64,000 nt of DNA, taken from assembly GCA_964016885.1 (NCBI GenBank), contig OZ024751.1:18104001-18168000 (forward strand), given 5' to 3'. Position 1 is the stretch's first letter; every line of letters begins with the position of its first letter. The DNA is from Eledone cirrhosa (lineage: Eukaryota). Of this stretch, positions 28,401 to 39,864 are shown in pieces. The notes beneath the pieces were generated by a model. It was given only the letters and a program-made list of their open reading frames with translations, was not told where the DNA came from and made no database searches. A program made the position numbers and the translations under genes.

Positions 28401-29014
28401 GGAGTGGTCACCTTGCCAGGATGAAGGATTCTAGAATACCAAAACAACTCTTCTATGGAGAGTTGGTTAAAGGAAAACGACCGCCACATAAACCAAAAAA
28501 GAGGTATAAGGATTCCTTGAAGGCCTCTCTGAAAGACGCTAACATCTCTGCTGATACATGGGAAAATATTGCTGCTGATCGTAGTAAATGGAGAAAGACT
28601 GTATATGAGGGAAAAGTTGAGGCATCTCGAATCGCACACGAGAAAGTAAGGCGGGACGTGAGGAAGGGTATTGCTGTTGCACTTCCAGACGGCGAGGGTC
28701 CTCCTATGTTTCTGACATGCAGCGTCTGTGCGAGACTCTGCCTAAGCAAAGCTGGACTCGAAAGTCATCTTCGCAGTCATAAAGTAAGACCAGTGGTTGA
28801 CTACCAGGCTGCTGTTGGAGATGCTACTCATCATGCTTGCCAAACATGTGGTAGAGAATGTAAATCAGCAGGAGGACTCAAGCGACATGCAAAAGTACAC
28901 GAACTCCAACCACAGCCGACTATTCCCAGTAAATGTTTTGGTTGCCGACTCTGTGCAAGACATTTTAGATCATTGGCTGGGCTAAAAAGCCACATTCGAT
29001 CGCAGCACTGTTAG
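25475..29014 (+). CDS. RTE-clade non-LTR retrotransposon protein: AP endonuclease + reverse transcriptase + 3 C2H2 zinc fingers (1179 aa)
   Basis: APE motifs WNVRTL, ALSETR, VYAPT, LGDFNARVG, LDY, TDH; RT motifs NYRGISLL, QSGFR, FVDLTKAFD, QGDIPAP, LLYADD, YLGS; three C-terminal CxxC...HxxxH fingers. Confidence 0.95.
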   Translation: MMFQNNVNEIIANLGSGTKRIIGNKGRGPKLSQPGPARHRAIVIEPNRAFSLGCWNVRTLLDRDSLERPERRTALVAKELRRYDLDIVALSETRLAGDGHLTEFCGEYTFFWKGRDEGTRREAGVGFAVKTVLVNKLEEFPVGISERLMSMRVPLDKGRYATLVSVYAPTMNSVDEEKLSFYHALKGVLRNIPQADKVIVLGDFNARVGRDFNTWNVIGRHGVGKCNSNGMLLLQMCEELDLCVTNTMFQQKNKFKTTWMHPASKEWHLLDYVLVRMRDRQDVQCVRVLRGAECWTDHRLVRAKVNLITKRKIRAPGVALPKRLNAARLKDKNVKRTLEEEMQAADLGEDWPTLKKSVYDVGRRVLGLVQRKHQDWFNEKDVHIDDLLADKRRALSRYLTAKPQERNTLHEELRDVKSRVRRSLSQMKDQWWSEKAGEIQTASDCNNTKLLYSLLREVYGPSSSLMTPIRSRDGKELLRDSQGILRRWREHFDDLLNQPSVVSEDFLNLIPESPVKVALAEPPTLVEVAVAISKLNSGRSPGMDGIHAELLQYGGERLLQHLHSLFGRIWANESVPEDWRDAVMVVLYKGKGNRNDCGNYRGISLLSVVGKVLCRVLLDRLLTHIADCVLPESQSGFRVGRGTTDMIFSARQLQEKCIEQGLDLYQVFVDLTKAFDTVNRDALWKVLQKLGCPDKFLALVRSFHDDMKAWVNVGGNMSEPISVKNGVNQGDIPAPTLFAIYFAMVFCIAFRNCEHGVYIRYRTSGSIFNIRRFAAKTKVFTSVIRDLLYADDCDLVAHTESDMQHILNVFSDACTALGLTVSLKKTVVMYQPAPGGQYTEPNIYVYGKRLGVVDQFVYLGSTVNRYGNLDSEISLRIRKASDAFGKLERRLWGRRDICRRTKVKVYRACVLSCLLYACETWVTYRRHLKQLERFHQMCLRRIHGVHWRDHISDVEILESSMCDSIEALVLKQRLRWSGHLARMKDSRIPKQLFYGELVKGKRPPHKPKKRYKDSLKASLKDANISADTWENIAADRSKWRKTVYEGKVEASRIAHEKVRRDVRKGIAVALPDGEGPPMFLTCSVCARLCLSKAGLESHLRSHKVRPVVDYQAAVGDATHHACQTCGRECKSAGGLKRHAKVHELQPQPTIPSKCFGCRLCARHFRSLAGLKSHIRSQHC

Positions 29015-29022
29015 TTGCTATC

Positions 29023-29068
<46 letters not shown>

Positions 29069-29375
29069 GCTTATGTGCGTGCGTGTGTGTGTATATATAT
29101 ATGAATATGTATATTATTATTGTTGTTGTCGTTATTATTATTATTGCTATTATTATTATTATTATTGACGAAAGTGGATGTACGTTTTTTGAAGCTCCGT
29201 GAGTAAGCAATTTTTGAGGATTAATTGTAGAGAATTGTTTATTTTTTGTACCGCTGAAGCATTATAAGACATTAATTTGTATCCTGTGAAGGAATAACTC
29301 ATAATATTTGGGCCTTTTGGCCCAAATATTTGAACTTTATTTTGAAAAAAATAATAATTTTTTTCTCAAAAAAAC

Positions 29376-31287
29376 ATGGCGGAGCCACGCCCCCTAGAGG
29401 CGGGTCTGCTGTCGTGCAACGGCGACTTGAGCGTTGAGAGGAGAGGTGAGGCGAGGAGCGCCACCAGCACGAATGTGAGCAGCGACAGTGCCAGCACCAA
29501 CGGGCCGAGCGGCGCGGAAGGTGGTAACAGCGACAACACCAACACCAACAAGCCGAACAGCGCAGAAGGTGGTAATAGCGAGAGCACCAACAAAACGAAC
29601 AGCACAGAGAGTAATAGTAGCGACAGCAGCAGCACCAACAAGGCCAACAGCACAGAAGGTAACCACGACACAGGGGAGAACAACAACAGCAATAGCAGCA
29701 GCAACACCAACAAGAACAACAACAGTGACAACACCAACAAGAACACTTTCGCTGCTGTGGCAGCGGCTAAAAGGAGACCATGCTACAGCATCGACTTAAC
29801 CAACAGAGAGGAAAAGTTGGCCCAGGCCTGGAAAATCATAAATCAAGAGCAGACCTGGGCAAACTTAACTGTCCCGGCAGAAGCCATTGAGGCAGTGGAA
29901 AAAAGAACGGTGCATTTCAGATGCATCTCAGTAGAGACAAAGAGGGCAGCGATAATCGCCCAAGCTGACATAGAAGCCGCACTGAAATACATCAGAGAGG
30001 ACACAGACTTCATAGAAAGGGGCAGGCAATACGGCACCGTTTCGGTGCTGTTCAAGTCTGAAGCCCTCGCTGTGAAGCATTCAATGACCCCTTGCAAAAC
30101 CAGCAAGGTCATAATGTACCCCTCCCACATGGGAAAACGAATAGCACGTGTGCGCATTCCCAGGATTCCACCAGGACTTGATATGTGGTGGCTCCTGGGT
30201 TGCGTAATCGTGGAAGGAACGGATACAGTCCCGGTAGAGGCAACGAGAACTGCCAGGGACGACTGGTCCGGGGTTGATCTGGAGATACTGCTCCAAATCA
30301 GACCCGAAAACGTAAAAACAATCCCGGACCACATCCGCCTCCAAAACGGGAGGGTGTTGCATATAATGACTGAGGGCAAAAGGCCGCATTGTTTCCTTTG
30401 TGGGGAAACGACACACTTGCGAGCCTTCTGCCCTCAACTGCCGAAAAGCGCAAGGGGTCGAAAGATTCCACTGCTGGCGACGCCGGGACAAGGACCACCA
30501 GCAACACCGTCAACAATGGAACCACCAAAATTGCACACCCAGGGGGGAAACGAGGAAAGCTCTCCCATTCCCCCTCCCCCCCAAAATACACACACGAACA
30601 AGAACATAAACACTCACTCAGACACAAACACGCTCACAGCCACAGACCCCTCATCCTCCAGCAGTGAAGATGAGGGAAAACCAAAGTCCCCCAAAATACA
30701 AAAAACAAAACACAAAAAAAAAAAGAAATCCACAAAGCACAAACACCCCCACAAAAAAAAATACACACACCACCCACACAAACATTTTCCCCACAGCATC
30801 ACCAACACAACCACCAAAATCCCCCAAACGCAAACAAGCTAAACAGACACAAGAACAAATAGACACACAAACATCAGAAACTACAGACACCCCACCCACA
30901 ACAAACGCAGACACAATAGAAACAACACTAACAAAGCTATCACCACCACAATCACACGAACAAATAAAACCCGAGCAACAAAACATTAAAAACTTCGTGC
31001 TTGCCAGAAGGGCCAACAAGGAATTGATGGCCCATGTAGCACGAAGCACAAACATCGAAAAAGACGGGGAAACATTTGAAGCGAGCACATTTCGCGTACC
31101 AGATAATTTGCTTCTGATGCGAATGTCGCTCGCTTCATACAAAGAAATTCGAAAGAGCTTTCCTCGGGATGTGGGAACCCCGAACGTAAAACCCACGTCA
31201 AGACTATTAAAGGGGTTCCCAAAAGAAACCCCACAAACCATGGAGGTCGAACCACCCGACCTTCACAAGACCCCGGAAGGTAAGTAA
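29376..31287 (+). CDS. Tx1-type ORF1 (gag-like, CCHC knuckle), split by an apparent frameshift near the A11 run at 30714-30724
   Basis: ORF 29376-30842 has an S/N-rich N-terminus and CFLCGETTHLRAFC; it overlaps ORF 30664-31287, which ends just before ORF2. Confidence 0.75.
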
Positions 31288-31316
31288 ACCTTTCCTCTCC
31301 CATTCATCCTGCCAGC

Positions 31317-34300
31317 ATGGCCATAAGAGTAGGAAGTTTAAATGTTCGTGGCCTGGGGTCGCCCTGGAAGCAAGGTCACTTGCTCAACGACCTCAGGTCA
31401 CTAGGAATGGATGTAATTGCCATCAGCGAGACCAGAATTTCCGACACACGCGCACTGGCGCCGATTTTCGACGATTATCAGATCTTTGCATCTGTTAGTC
31501 GGCCGGGAATGGGAGGTGGAGTGGCTGTGCTGTTTAGGAAATGTCTGGATCTCGAGGTAAGGTCAATCTTCCGGGATCCTGACGGAAAGTTGGTGGTCCT
31601 GGACGTGAGCAATAGCGAAGGTGGTGCCTTTAGACTGGTGGCCGTCTACGCCCCTACTGGGGCCGGTCGGCCGGACTTCTTTAGGCGCCTGGAAAACTTT
31701 CTGCTTACGTCTCGCCCTTTACTGTTAATAGGGGATTGGAATGGCATCTTAGAAGCACGCTGGGATTGTGTGGGAGTATCTGATAGGAGCGGGGGGTGCA
31801 AAAGCCTCAAGTACCTGATCAGCCAGTTTCAACTGTCTGACAGGTACCGACTAGATTTCCCTAATGCGCCAGTATGGACCTGGACCAATCGCATAGGGTC
31901 ATCTAGATCGTACATAGATAGGATTTTCATTAGGAAAAGAGATAGAAATAGTGTAGGATGTCCACATTTTAAAACGGTTGCCTATTCAGATCACAAGCTT
32001 GTGATCTGTATGGTCGACCTAGATAAGACACGTAGGTTAGGACCTAGCTACTGGAAGCTAAACATGTCGTTTCCGGCACGTAAAGCTTACAGGGACCGGG
32101 TCAACAACTTAGTTAAGCAAAAGTTGACAGGGGGGGTTGTCAACAACAGGTGGTGGGGGGCACTCAAAAGAGAGATTAGAGCAACCTCGATAGGATTTAG
32201 CAAAGAAGTAGCAATAGAGAAAAATAGAAAGGAGGAGGGGCTGATAGCTAAGTTAGACGAGGCTATTTGTAGTGGCATTGCAACAGACGTGCTAGCGGCG
32301 AGAATGGCACTAGACCATTTCTTCAATGCGAAACACGAAGGTTGCATTGTCAGAGCTAAAGCGCGTGCTCTGAGGAACGAGGGAACCAAAGCTGCCCGAT
32401 GGGCTCGCTTTGCAGAGACGCAGCGTGGAAATAAAACCACAATTCGGTCTTTGACGGATCGAGATGGACACGAACTGAGCGATTCCAAGCAGATGTGTGA
32501 GGCCTTTCGCCAGCACTTTGCTCGATTGTTCGGGAGGATGGGTGAGTCGGAGACGGCGGCGGACTTCAGTCCCTACCTCGACGGCTTGCCACGCCTCTCG
32601 ACGGCCGACGCTGAGCGCTGCGAAGAGCCGATAACATCAGCCGAAATTCAGGACGCCCTTGTCGGCTGCTCGAGTCGCAAGTCACCCGGTTTGGATGGTC
32701 TGCCCTACGAGCTTTACGTAAATATGCCAGACTTGTTCTCCGATCTCCTCGAAGCGCTCTACTGCAACTGGCAGCAGAACGAGAGCATTCCCAGTTCTGT
32801 GAGCCGTGGCGTAGTGACGCTGATAAGGAAAGACGAGAACAAGAGGGACACACTAGATAATTTCAGGCCCATAACCCTGCTCAACACAGAGTTTAAGATT
32901 TTGGCCAAGGTGTTAGCGAAAAGGTTGGCGCTTGTCGTCAAAGATTTGGTTGGGGAGGCGCAAACTTGCGCAATCCCGACCAGGTCCATACACGACAACC
33001 TCCACCTCATGCGATACATCATAGAGAGGGTTGGGTGCAAACCTGGCTTCGGTGGGGCTCTGATCAATTTAGATCAATCGAAAGCATTCGATAGGGTCGA
33101 CCATCGGTACTTGGAGGCTGTCCTCGAGGCGGCTGGCTTCGGCCCCGTCTTCAGAAGCTGGATCGCTGCAATGTACAGCGGCATCCGCTCGGTGGTCAAA
33201 GTTAATGGCCACCTCTCGGAACCGTTTCAGATCTCTCGATCGGTCCGTCAAGGGTGCCCTCTCTCCTCACTTCTGTACGTATTGACTCTTGAGCCTCTAC
33301 TGCGGAAGCTGGAGTTGTTGCAGGGCATCCCGCTCGAACCGGGACGTAGAAAGGCTGCGTCCGCTTATGCGGACGACATCACCGTGATGGTGTCGGACAC
33401 CTCGGAAATCGAGGTGATCCGCACCCATTTGGAGGAATATGAAAGGTTGACGGGAGCAAAACTTAACCCGGAAAAGTCGGTGGGCTTGCAGCTCGGCACC
33501 TGGAGAGGCAAGTCCATGCCGTCCAACAGCGTCGTTGGGCGCTGGACAGACGGACCGGTAAAGTTGCTCGGGGTTTGGTTCGGACCAGACCTCCAGGTGG
33601 ATAAGAATTGGGACGAGGTGACGAGCAGGATAGCCAACCTCACCCAGAAATGGGCTGAGAGAAAGCTATCACTGAAAGGGCGGGCGGAGGTGGCGAACGC
33701 GTACATCGCGTCCGTCATCTACTACCGCCTGACCGTCGTGCCTTGCCCCCGTCCACGCCTCGCCAATTTGGAACGGCTCCTTTTCAAATTTTTGTGGAGG
33801 GGACGGGTCCCGTTGGTGAGGCGGTCCATCTGCTGCCAGCACCCTCTTCGTGGAGGGCTGGGCATGCCGTGGCTAATGATGCGCAGACATGCGCTGAGGC
33901 TGCGACATCTCCAGATATTTTGCCTAAACGGTGAACAGGTGTGGTCGCCGTTTGTTAGACGGGCCTTTCCGCAGCTCATCTCTTTGACTGAGCTGCAGTC
34001 CTGGGTCAAGAAGAGACCGAGACTGGGCGACTGGCATCTGGAATGTTGCCAGGCGCTCACTGCACTCTGCAAGGTGGGCAATGCGGTCAGTGGAACTTCC
34101 ACTCAAGATTTCTATAGAGGATTAGTGGAGGGCAAGTGCGATGACGTACTAGGAGAGGCTCTGGGCGTCAACGAAGTAGAACTGACCAGTATGTTCCGGA
34201 GGACTTTCGAGCCGGGGACGATGGATAACTTCCAGAAATCCCTCGCTTGGCAGTGCTACCGGGGGGCGCTGCCGGTTCGGGATAAACTCTACAGGCACGG

Positions 34301-34736
34301 AAGTGCTGTCAGACGAACCTGCCCGAGATGCGCGCAGAGCGACGAAACCGTTCTGCACGCACTCGTCCAGTGTCCGTGCATTGCTGACTTGTGGGGTTAT
34401 GTCGAACAGCTATTGTCGCGTGTAGAACGGATCCGGCTATCGTCCGAGTCCATAGTGAAGATTGACCCGCCGCCTTCTTTTGGTCAGGAAGGGCAGGCAA
34501 TTTTCCTCTGCCTGGTGGCAGTAGCGAAAGAGGTTGCATGGTGGACCAGGTTGAAAGGACTGAAGACAGACACTTTTCTCTTCGGCCAATCCCTCATCAA
34601 CTTCTTCAAGTTTCACTTGGAAAGGAAGGTGAGGGTGGAGAGAGAAGTGCTGCCCCCCAGTACATTTACTGAAAGGTGGGTGAATGTGGCGAGAATGGCC
34701 CGCGTGAGTGGGCCTACTCTGATCATGCGCCTGTAG
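31317..34736 (+). CDS. Tx1/L1-clade ORF2: AP endonuclease + reverse transcriptase + C-terminal zinc knuckle (1139 aa)
   Basis: SLNVRGL, ISETR, VYAP, GDWN, YIDRIF, SDH; KSPGLDGLP, FRPITLLN, LDQSKAFDRV, VRQGCPLS, AYADD; CPRC...HALVQC. Confidence 0.95.
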   Translation: MAIRVGSLNVRGLGSPWKQGHLLNDLRSLGMDVIAISETRISDTRALAPIFDDYQIFASVSRPGMGGGVAVLFRKCLDLEVRSIFRDPDGKLVVLDVSNSEGGAFRLVAVYAPTGAGRPDFFRRLENFLLTSRPLLLIGDWNGILEARWDCVGVSDRSGGCKSLKYLISQFQLSDRYRLDFPNAPVWTWTNRIGSSRSYIDRIFIRKRDRNSVGCPHFKTVAYSDHKLVICMVDLDKTRRLGPSYWKLNMSFPARKAYRDRVNNLVKQKLTGGVVNNRWWGALKREIRATSIGFSKEVAIEKNRKEEGLIAKLDEAICSGIATDVLAARMALDHFFNAKHEGCIVRAKARALRNEGTKAARWARFAETQRGNKTTIRSLTDRDGHELSDSKQMCEAFRQHFARLFGRMGESETAADFSPYLDGLPRLSTADAERCEEPITSAEIQDALVGCSSRKSPGLDGLPYELYVNMPDLFSDLLEALYCNWQQNESIPSSVSRGVVTLIRKDENKRDTLDNFRPITLLNTEFKILAKVLAKRLALVVKDLVGEAQTCAIPTRSIHDNLHLMRYIIERVGCKPGFGGALINLDQSKAFDRVDHRYLEAVLEAAGFGPVFRSWIAAMYSGIRSVVKVNGHLSEPFQISRSVRQGCPLSSLLYVLTLEPLLRKLELLQGIPLEPGRRKAASAYADDITVMVSDTSEIEVIRTHLEEYERLTGAKLNPEKSVGLQLGTWRGKSMPSNSVVGRWTDGPVKLLGVWFGPDLQVDKNWDEVTSRIANLTQKWAERKLSLKGRAEVANAYIASVIYYRLTVVPCPRPRLANLERLLFKFLWRGRVPLVRRSICCQHPLRGGLGMPWLMMRRHALRLRHLQIFCLNGEQVWSPFVRRAFPQLISLTELQSWVKKRPRLGDWHLECCQALTALCKVGNAVSGTSTQDFYRGLVEGKCDDVLGEALGVNEVELTSMFRRTFEPGTMDNFQKSLAWQCYRGALPVRDKLYRHGSAVRRTCPRCAQSDETVLHALVQCPCIADLWGYVEQLLSRVERIRLSSESIVKIDPPPSFGQEGQAIFLCLVAVAKEVAWWTRLKGLKTDTFLFGQSLINFFKFHLERKVRVEREVLPPSTFTERWVNVARMARVSGPTLIMRL

Positions 34737-34993
34737 GCTGGTGAATTCGAGAAGGAGAGGGGTGCCCTTCCCGGGTGCCCTAGGAGCGTCGGGTGGCTCA
34801 GGACTGGTGGGGTGCTTGAGTCAACCCTGGGTGGTGATCCCTCTTATTGGGGAACTTTCATTGTTGTATTTTTATTGTTATTTTGTTTTTGTTTTTTTGT
34901 TATTTATACTTACTCGATCTCTATGTAAACCCCCACTGTCCCTGTCTATTGTGTTGTCCCCTATATGTCGGCCCTTGTGGCCAATAAATGAAA

Positions 34994-35037
<44 letters not shown>

Positions 35038-35107
35038 TTTTTTTATTTTTTTTTATTTTTTTTTTTATTGTGCAATGGCCATACTCGATAACGAGGGGGC
35101 AGCCATC

Positions 35108-35109
<2 letters not shown>

Positions 35110-35151
<42 letters not shown>

Positions 35152-35588
35152 ATATATATATATATGTGTGTGTGTATATATATATATATGTGTGTGTGTA
35201 TATATATATATATGTGTGTGTATATATATATATATATGTGTGTGTATATATATATATATGTGTGTATATATATATGTGTGTGTATATATATATATATATA
35301 TATGTGTGTATATATATATGTGTGTGTATATATATAAATATATATATGTGTGTATATATATATGTGTGTATATATATACGTGTGTGTGTATATATATATA
35401 TGTGTGTATATATATATATGTGTGTATATATATATATGTGTATATATATATATATCTGTGTGTATATATATATCTGTGTGTATATATATATATGTATATA
35501 TATATATATCTGTGTATATATACATGTGTATATATATATATATATATATATGTGTGTATATATATATATGTGTATATATATATATATA

Positions 35589-35631
<43 letters not shown>

Positions 35632-35663
35632 ACGTGTATATATATATATATATATATATATAC

Positions 35664-35709
<46 letters not shown>

Positions 35710-36236
35710 ATATATATGTGTGTGTATATATATGTGTGTGTGTATATGTGTGTGTATATATAAATATGTGTGTGTATATATATATGTGTGTGTATATATA
35801 TATGTGTGTATATATATATATGTGTGTATATATATATATGTGTGTATATATATATATGTGTGTATGTATATATGTGTGTATGTATATATATATATGTGTG
35901 TGTATATATGTGTGTGTGTATATATGTGTGTATGTATATATATATGTGTGTATATATGTGTGTATATATATATATGTGTGTATATATATATATGTGTGTA
36001 TATATATATATATGTGTGTATATATATATGTGTGTATATATATATATATGTGTGTATATATATGTGTGTATATATATATATATGTGTGTATATATATATA
36101 TGTGTGTATATATATATATGTGTGTATATATATATGTGTGTATATATATATATGTGTGTATATATATATATGTGTGTATATATATATATATATGTGTATA
36201 TATATATATATATGTGTATATATATATATATATGTG

Positions 36237-36271
<35 letters not shown>

Positions 36272-36746
36272 GTGTATATATATATATATGTGTGTATATA
36301 TATGTGTATATATATATGTGTATATATATATGTGTATATATATATGTGTATATATATATATGTGTATATATATATGTGTATATATATATGTGTATATATA
36401 TGTGTGTATATATATGTGTATATATATATGTGTATATATATGTGTGTATATATATATGTGTGTATATATATGTGTATAAATATATGTGTATAAATATATG
36501 TGTATATATATATGTGTATATATATATGTGTGTATATATATATGTGTGTGTATATATATATATGTGTGTATATATATATATGTGTGTATATATATATATG
36601 TGTGTTTATATATATATATGTGTGTATATATATATATATGTGTATATATATATATGTGTGTTTATATATATATATATATGTATTTATATATATATATATA
36701 TGTGTTTATATATATATATATGTGTTTATATATATATGTGTGTATA

Positions 36747-36793
<47 letters not shown>

Positions 36794-36820
36794 ATATATA
36801 TATTTATGTGTATATAAACA
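35110..36820. repeat. Compound (TA)n/(TG)n microsatellite
   Basis: Direct inspection. Confidence 0.95.
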
Positions 36821-36826
36821 ATTTTG

Positions 36827-37026
36827 NNNNNNNNNNNNNNNNNNNNNNNNNNNNNNNNNNNNNNNNNNNNNNNNNNNNNNNNNNNNNNNNNNNNNNNNNN
36901 NNNNNNNNNNNNNNNNNNNNNNNNNNNNNNNNNNNNNNNNNNNNNNNNNNNNNNNNNNNNNNNNNNNNNNNNNNNNNNNNNNNNNNNNNNNNNNNNNNNN
37001 NNNNNNNNNNNNNNNNNNNNNNNNNN
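36827..37026. other. Assembly gap (200 N)
   Basis: Run of N. Confidence 0.99.
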
Positions 37027-37450
37027 TGTCCATATAAACCGGACGTTGAGGACAGGCCCGCTTTACCGGATGTGGAAGCTATTGCTTAATATGAAGTTTA
37101 GAGGCTGAAACCTTCCTTTCTTCATAAATACATGAACGTCCTTACACGGAAATATATATATATGTATGTATTTATACATATATAAATATACATACATATA
37201 TAAATATACATATATATACATACATATATATATATATACATATATATAAATATACATATATATAAATATACATATATATGTAAATATACTTATATATATA
37301 AATATACATATATATAAATATACATATATATATATATGTAAATAAATATATATATAAATATACATATATATGTAAGTAAATATATATATATATAAATATA
37401 CATATATATGTAAGTAAATATATATATATATATATATATATGTGTATATA

Positions 37451-37508
<58 letters not shown>

Positions 37509-37607
37509 AGAGAGAGCGAGAGAGATTGTACCTCCACACATACAGATAAATAGTTCGTTAGATAGTTACATATCATACAAATACATCTCTCTCTATATAT
37601 ATATATT

Positions 37608-37815
37608 GGAACTAGTAGGACCCCGACGGCTGAGCTCAAGCCGTTTCGACGGCTAATTCTCGACTAAAATGAACTTACTCGAGAATTAGCCCTCGAAACG
37701 GCTTGAGCTCAGCCGTCGGGGTCCTACTCGTTCCTATTACCTACTCTACTACCCTAAGTATTGAGTACTTTAGTGCGTTATGGGCCATCTGGTTCCTTAC
37801 CACATTTCATTCGTT
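37608..37815 (+). mobile_element. Family A hairpin-plus-tail repeat, most complete copy
   Basis: ~127 bp palindrome 37608-37734 plus the tail containing gtattgagtact. Confidence 0.85.
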
Positions 37816-37933
37816 ATATATATATATATAAATGGAAGTTTAGTAAAATCAAAGCTTTATATATATATATATATATAAATATATATATAAACACATATAT
37901 ATACATATATAAACATATATATATATATATATA

Positions 37934-38008
37934 GGGTCGTAAAATATGAAATTTGTAGAAATTTGTTTTTTTCCTACAAATTTCTACAAATTCCATACTT
38001 GATGACCC
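37934..38008. mobile_element. Tiny hairpin MITE-like element
   Basis: gggtcgt..tatgaaatttgtagaaatttgt / acaaatttctacaaattccata..atgaccc inverted arms in a TA context. Confidence 0.55.
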
Positions 38009-38368
38009 AATATATACACGCACACACACACATATACATACATAGATAGATAGATAGATGAAAATAAAAATATGCCATATCTAATACTGTCTCATATCTC
38101 CACCCCCCATCCTACTGCAAGCCCGTCTGTCGTTCAACTGTTTTGCATCATGCCCCTCCCCCCCGACCGTTTTCCGCCCTCTACGAGTATACCCACCCAC
38201 CGTCCATCCCTTCTTCAACATTTCCTTCATACACTTAATATTTCATATTTAATTAATTAATTTTTTTTCCGTTTCTTTTCCAAGTATTTAATCGTTTTAT
38301 AACCTCCACCCGCGTTTTTCTTCTGTTTTGTAACATTTCATTAAATATTTTTATTACTATATTCTAAT

Positions 38369-39235
38369 AGGGCGGTGGATTACCAGTATCCGTAGAGCGT
38401 CAGACAACTTGCTTTGTGGCATTAAGTTGCAACCCTTTACGTTCTGAGTTCAAATCCCACCGAGTTTAACTTTGCCTTTCATCCTTATGAAATTGACAAA
38501 ATAAAGTACCAGTTACGCGCTGGGGGGCAATTCAATCGACTTTCCTCGTCTCCCGAAGTTGTTGGCCTTGTTTCTAAATCAGAAACTATTATTACATCTG
38601 GAATGGCAGTATCGGTTGAATGCCGGACAACATGATTTGTAGCAGAGAGTTACGGCCCTATACAGTCTGAGTTCAAATCCCGCCGAGGTTAACTTTGCCT
38701 TTCATTATTCAGAGATAAAAATAATTCACTTTCCCCTCCCCATATATTTACGGGGTCGATAAAATAAAGCACCAGTAACATACTGGTGTCGATTTAACCG
38801 ACTTTCCCCCCTTCTCCCCAAATTGATGGCCTTGTGCCTACACTAGAAATCATTATTACATTCTAAGGGTGGCGGACTGGCAAAATCGTTTGATCGCTGT
38901 ATATTAATTATTCTGATTCTTAGTGCTCAGAGTTTAAAACCTGCTGAGGCCAATTTCACATTTCATAATAGTGGGGTCAAGACAGTCGAGCGCCCATTAA
39001 ATTGTTGGCCCTTATTTCTTGATATGAATCCAGTGAAAACTACACGATTAGCAACTAAAAAATAATGGTTGGCCCACATGTTAGAGTGTCTGACAAAATG
39101 TTTTGCGGTATTTCGTTACGGTTCTTAGTTCACATCCTAGCGAGGTCAACTTGGCCTTTCATTATTCAGAGATAAATATAATTGACTTTCCCCTCCCCAC
39201 ATATGTTTGGCCTTGTACCTAAATTAGAAATCACT
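38369..39235 (+). mobile_element. Cluster of 4 diverged SINE copies
   Basis: Repeated tggc/gagttcaaatcc/tttgcctttca/ggccttgt segments. Confidence 0.75.
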
Positions 39236-39358
39236 GCAATCATCCTACAATGATCGGGGCCCGGCTCTATATAGTATAGTCATAATCTACTATACCAAAT
39301 GTCAAATTGGCAAGTATTCTCTTGAATAATAGTCTAACTAGTTTTAAACTGGTTCTAT

Positions 39359-39399
<41 letters not shown>

Positions 39400-39402
<3 letters not shown>

Positions 39403-39553
39403 CTGGACTAATTAGTCCAGAAATAGCCGTCGAAACGACTTGAGCTCTGCCGTCGGGGTCATACTTGTTCCTAATACCCACTCTACTACCCTAAGTATTG
39501 AGTACTCTGGTGCGTTATGGTCCATCTGGTTCCTTACCACAATTCCTTCGTTA
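39400..39553 (+). mobile_element. Family A copy beginning at the hairpin centre
   Basis: tttctggactaattagtccagaaatagccgtcgaaac... followed by the tail. Confidence 0.8.
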
Positions 39554-39585
<32 letters not shown>

Positions 39586-39798
39586 GATATAGATATCTAT
39601 ATATATCTATATATATATATATACAAGTGGAAGCTTAGTAAAATCGAAGCTTTGGCTGTGGCCAAGCAAAGTCGACCTACAATAAGGAATGAGTAGCAAA
39701 GCACTCCTTAGCATAATAACATCACGTTTAAGTAACTTGACAAATTGAAAATTGCGGTAGGCAAAACCCAACCACACAATACCAAAACAATGAAAGAA

Positions 39799-39834
<36 letters not shown>

Positions 39835-39864
39835 AACAAAAGATGGTTAAAAGAGTTCCATGTA

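Larger units (their letters stand above)
29167..34995 (+). mobile_element. Full-length Tx1/L1-clade LINE inserted in (ATT)n
   Basis: ORF1 + ORF2 architecture, AATAAA at 34983, (ATT)n on both sides. Confidence 0.88.
25086..35110 (+). mobile_element. Full-length RTE/BovB-type LINE, interrupted in its 3' UTR by a Tx1 element
   Basis: 5' UTR begins abruptly after (TA)n and is followed by a single APE-RT ORF. The conserved RTE 3' terminus with a CTCG-ATAA-CGAG hairpin lies at 35073-35109. Confidence 0.75.

Noticed and set aside
26039-34539. Antisense and alternate-frame ORFs within the two LINEs
   Set aside because: Shadow ORFs of the real coding frames, with no motifs.
37027-37089. Short unique frame [20 protein letters not shown] next to the gap
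   Set aside because: Too short, no recognisable homology, and upstream sequence is missing.
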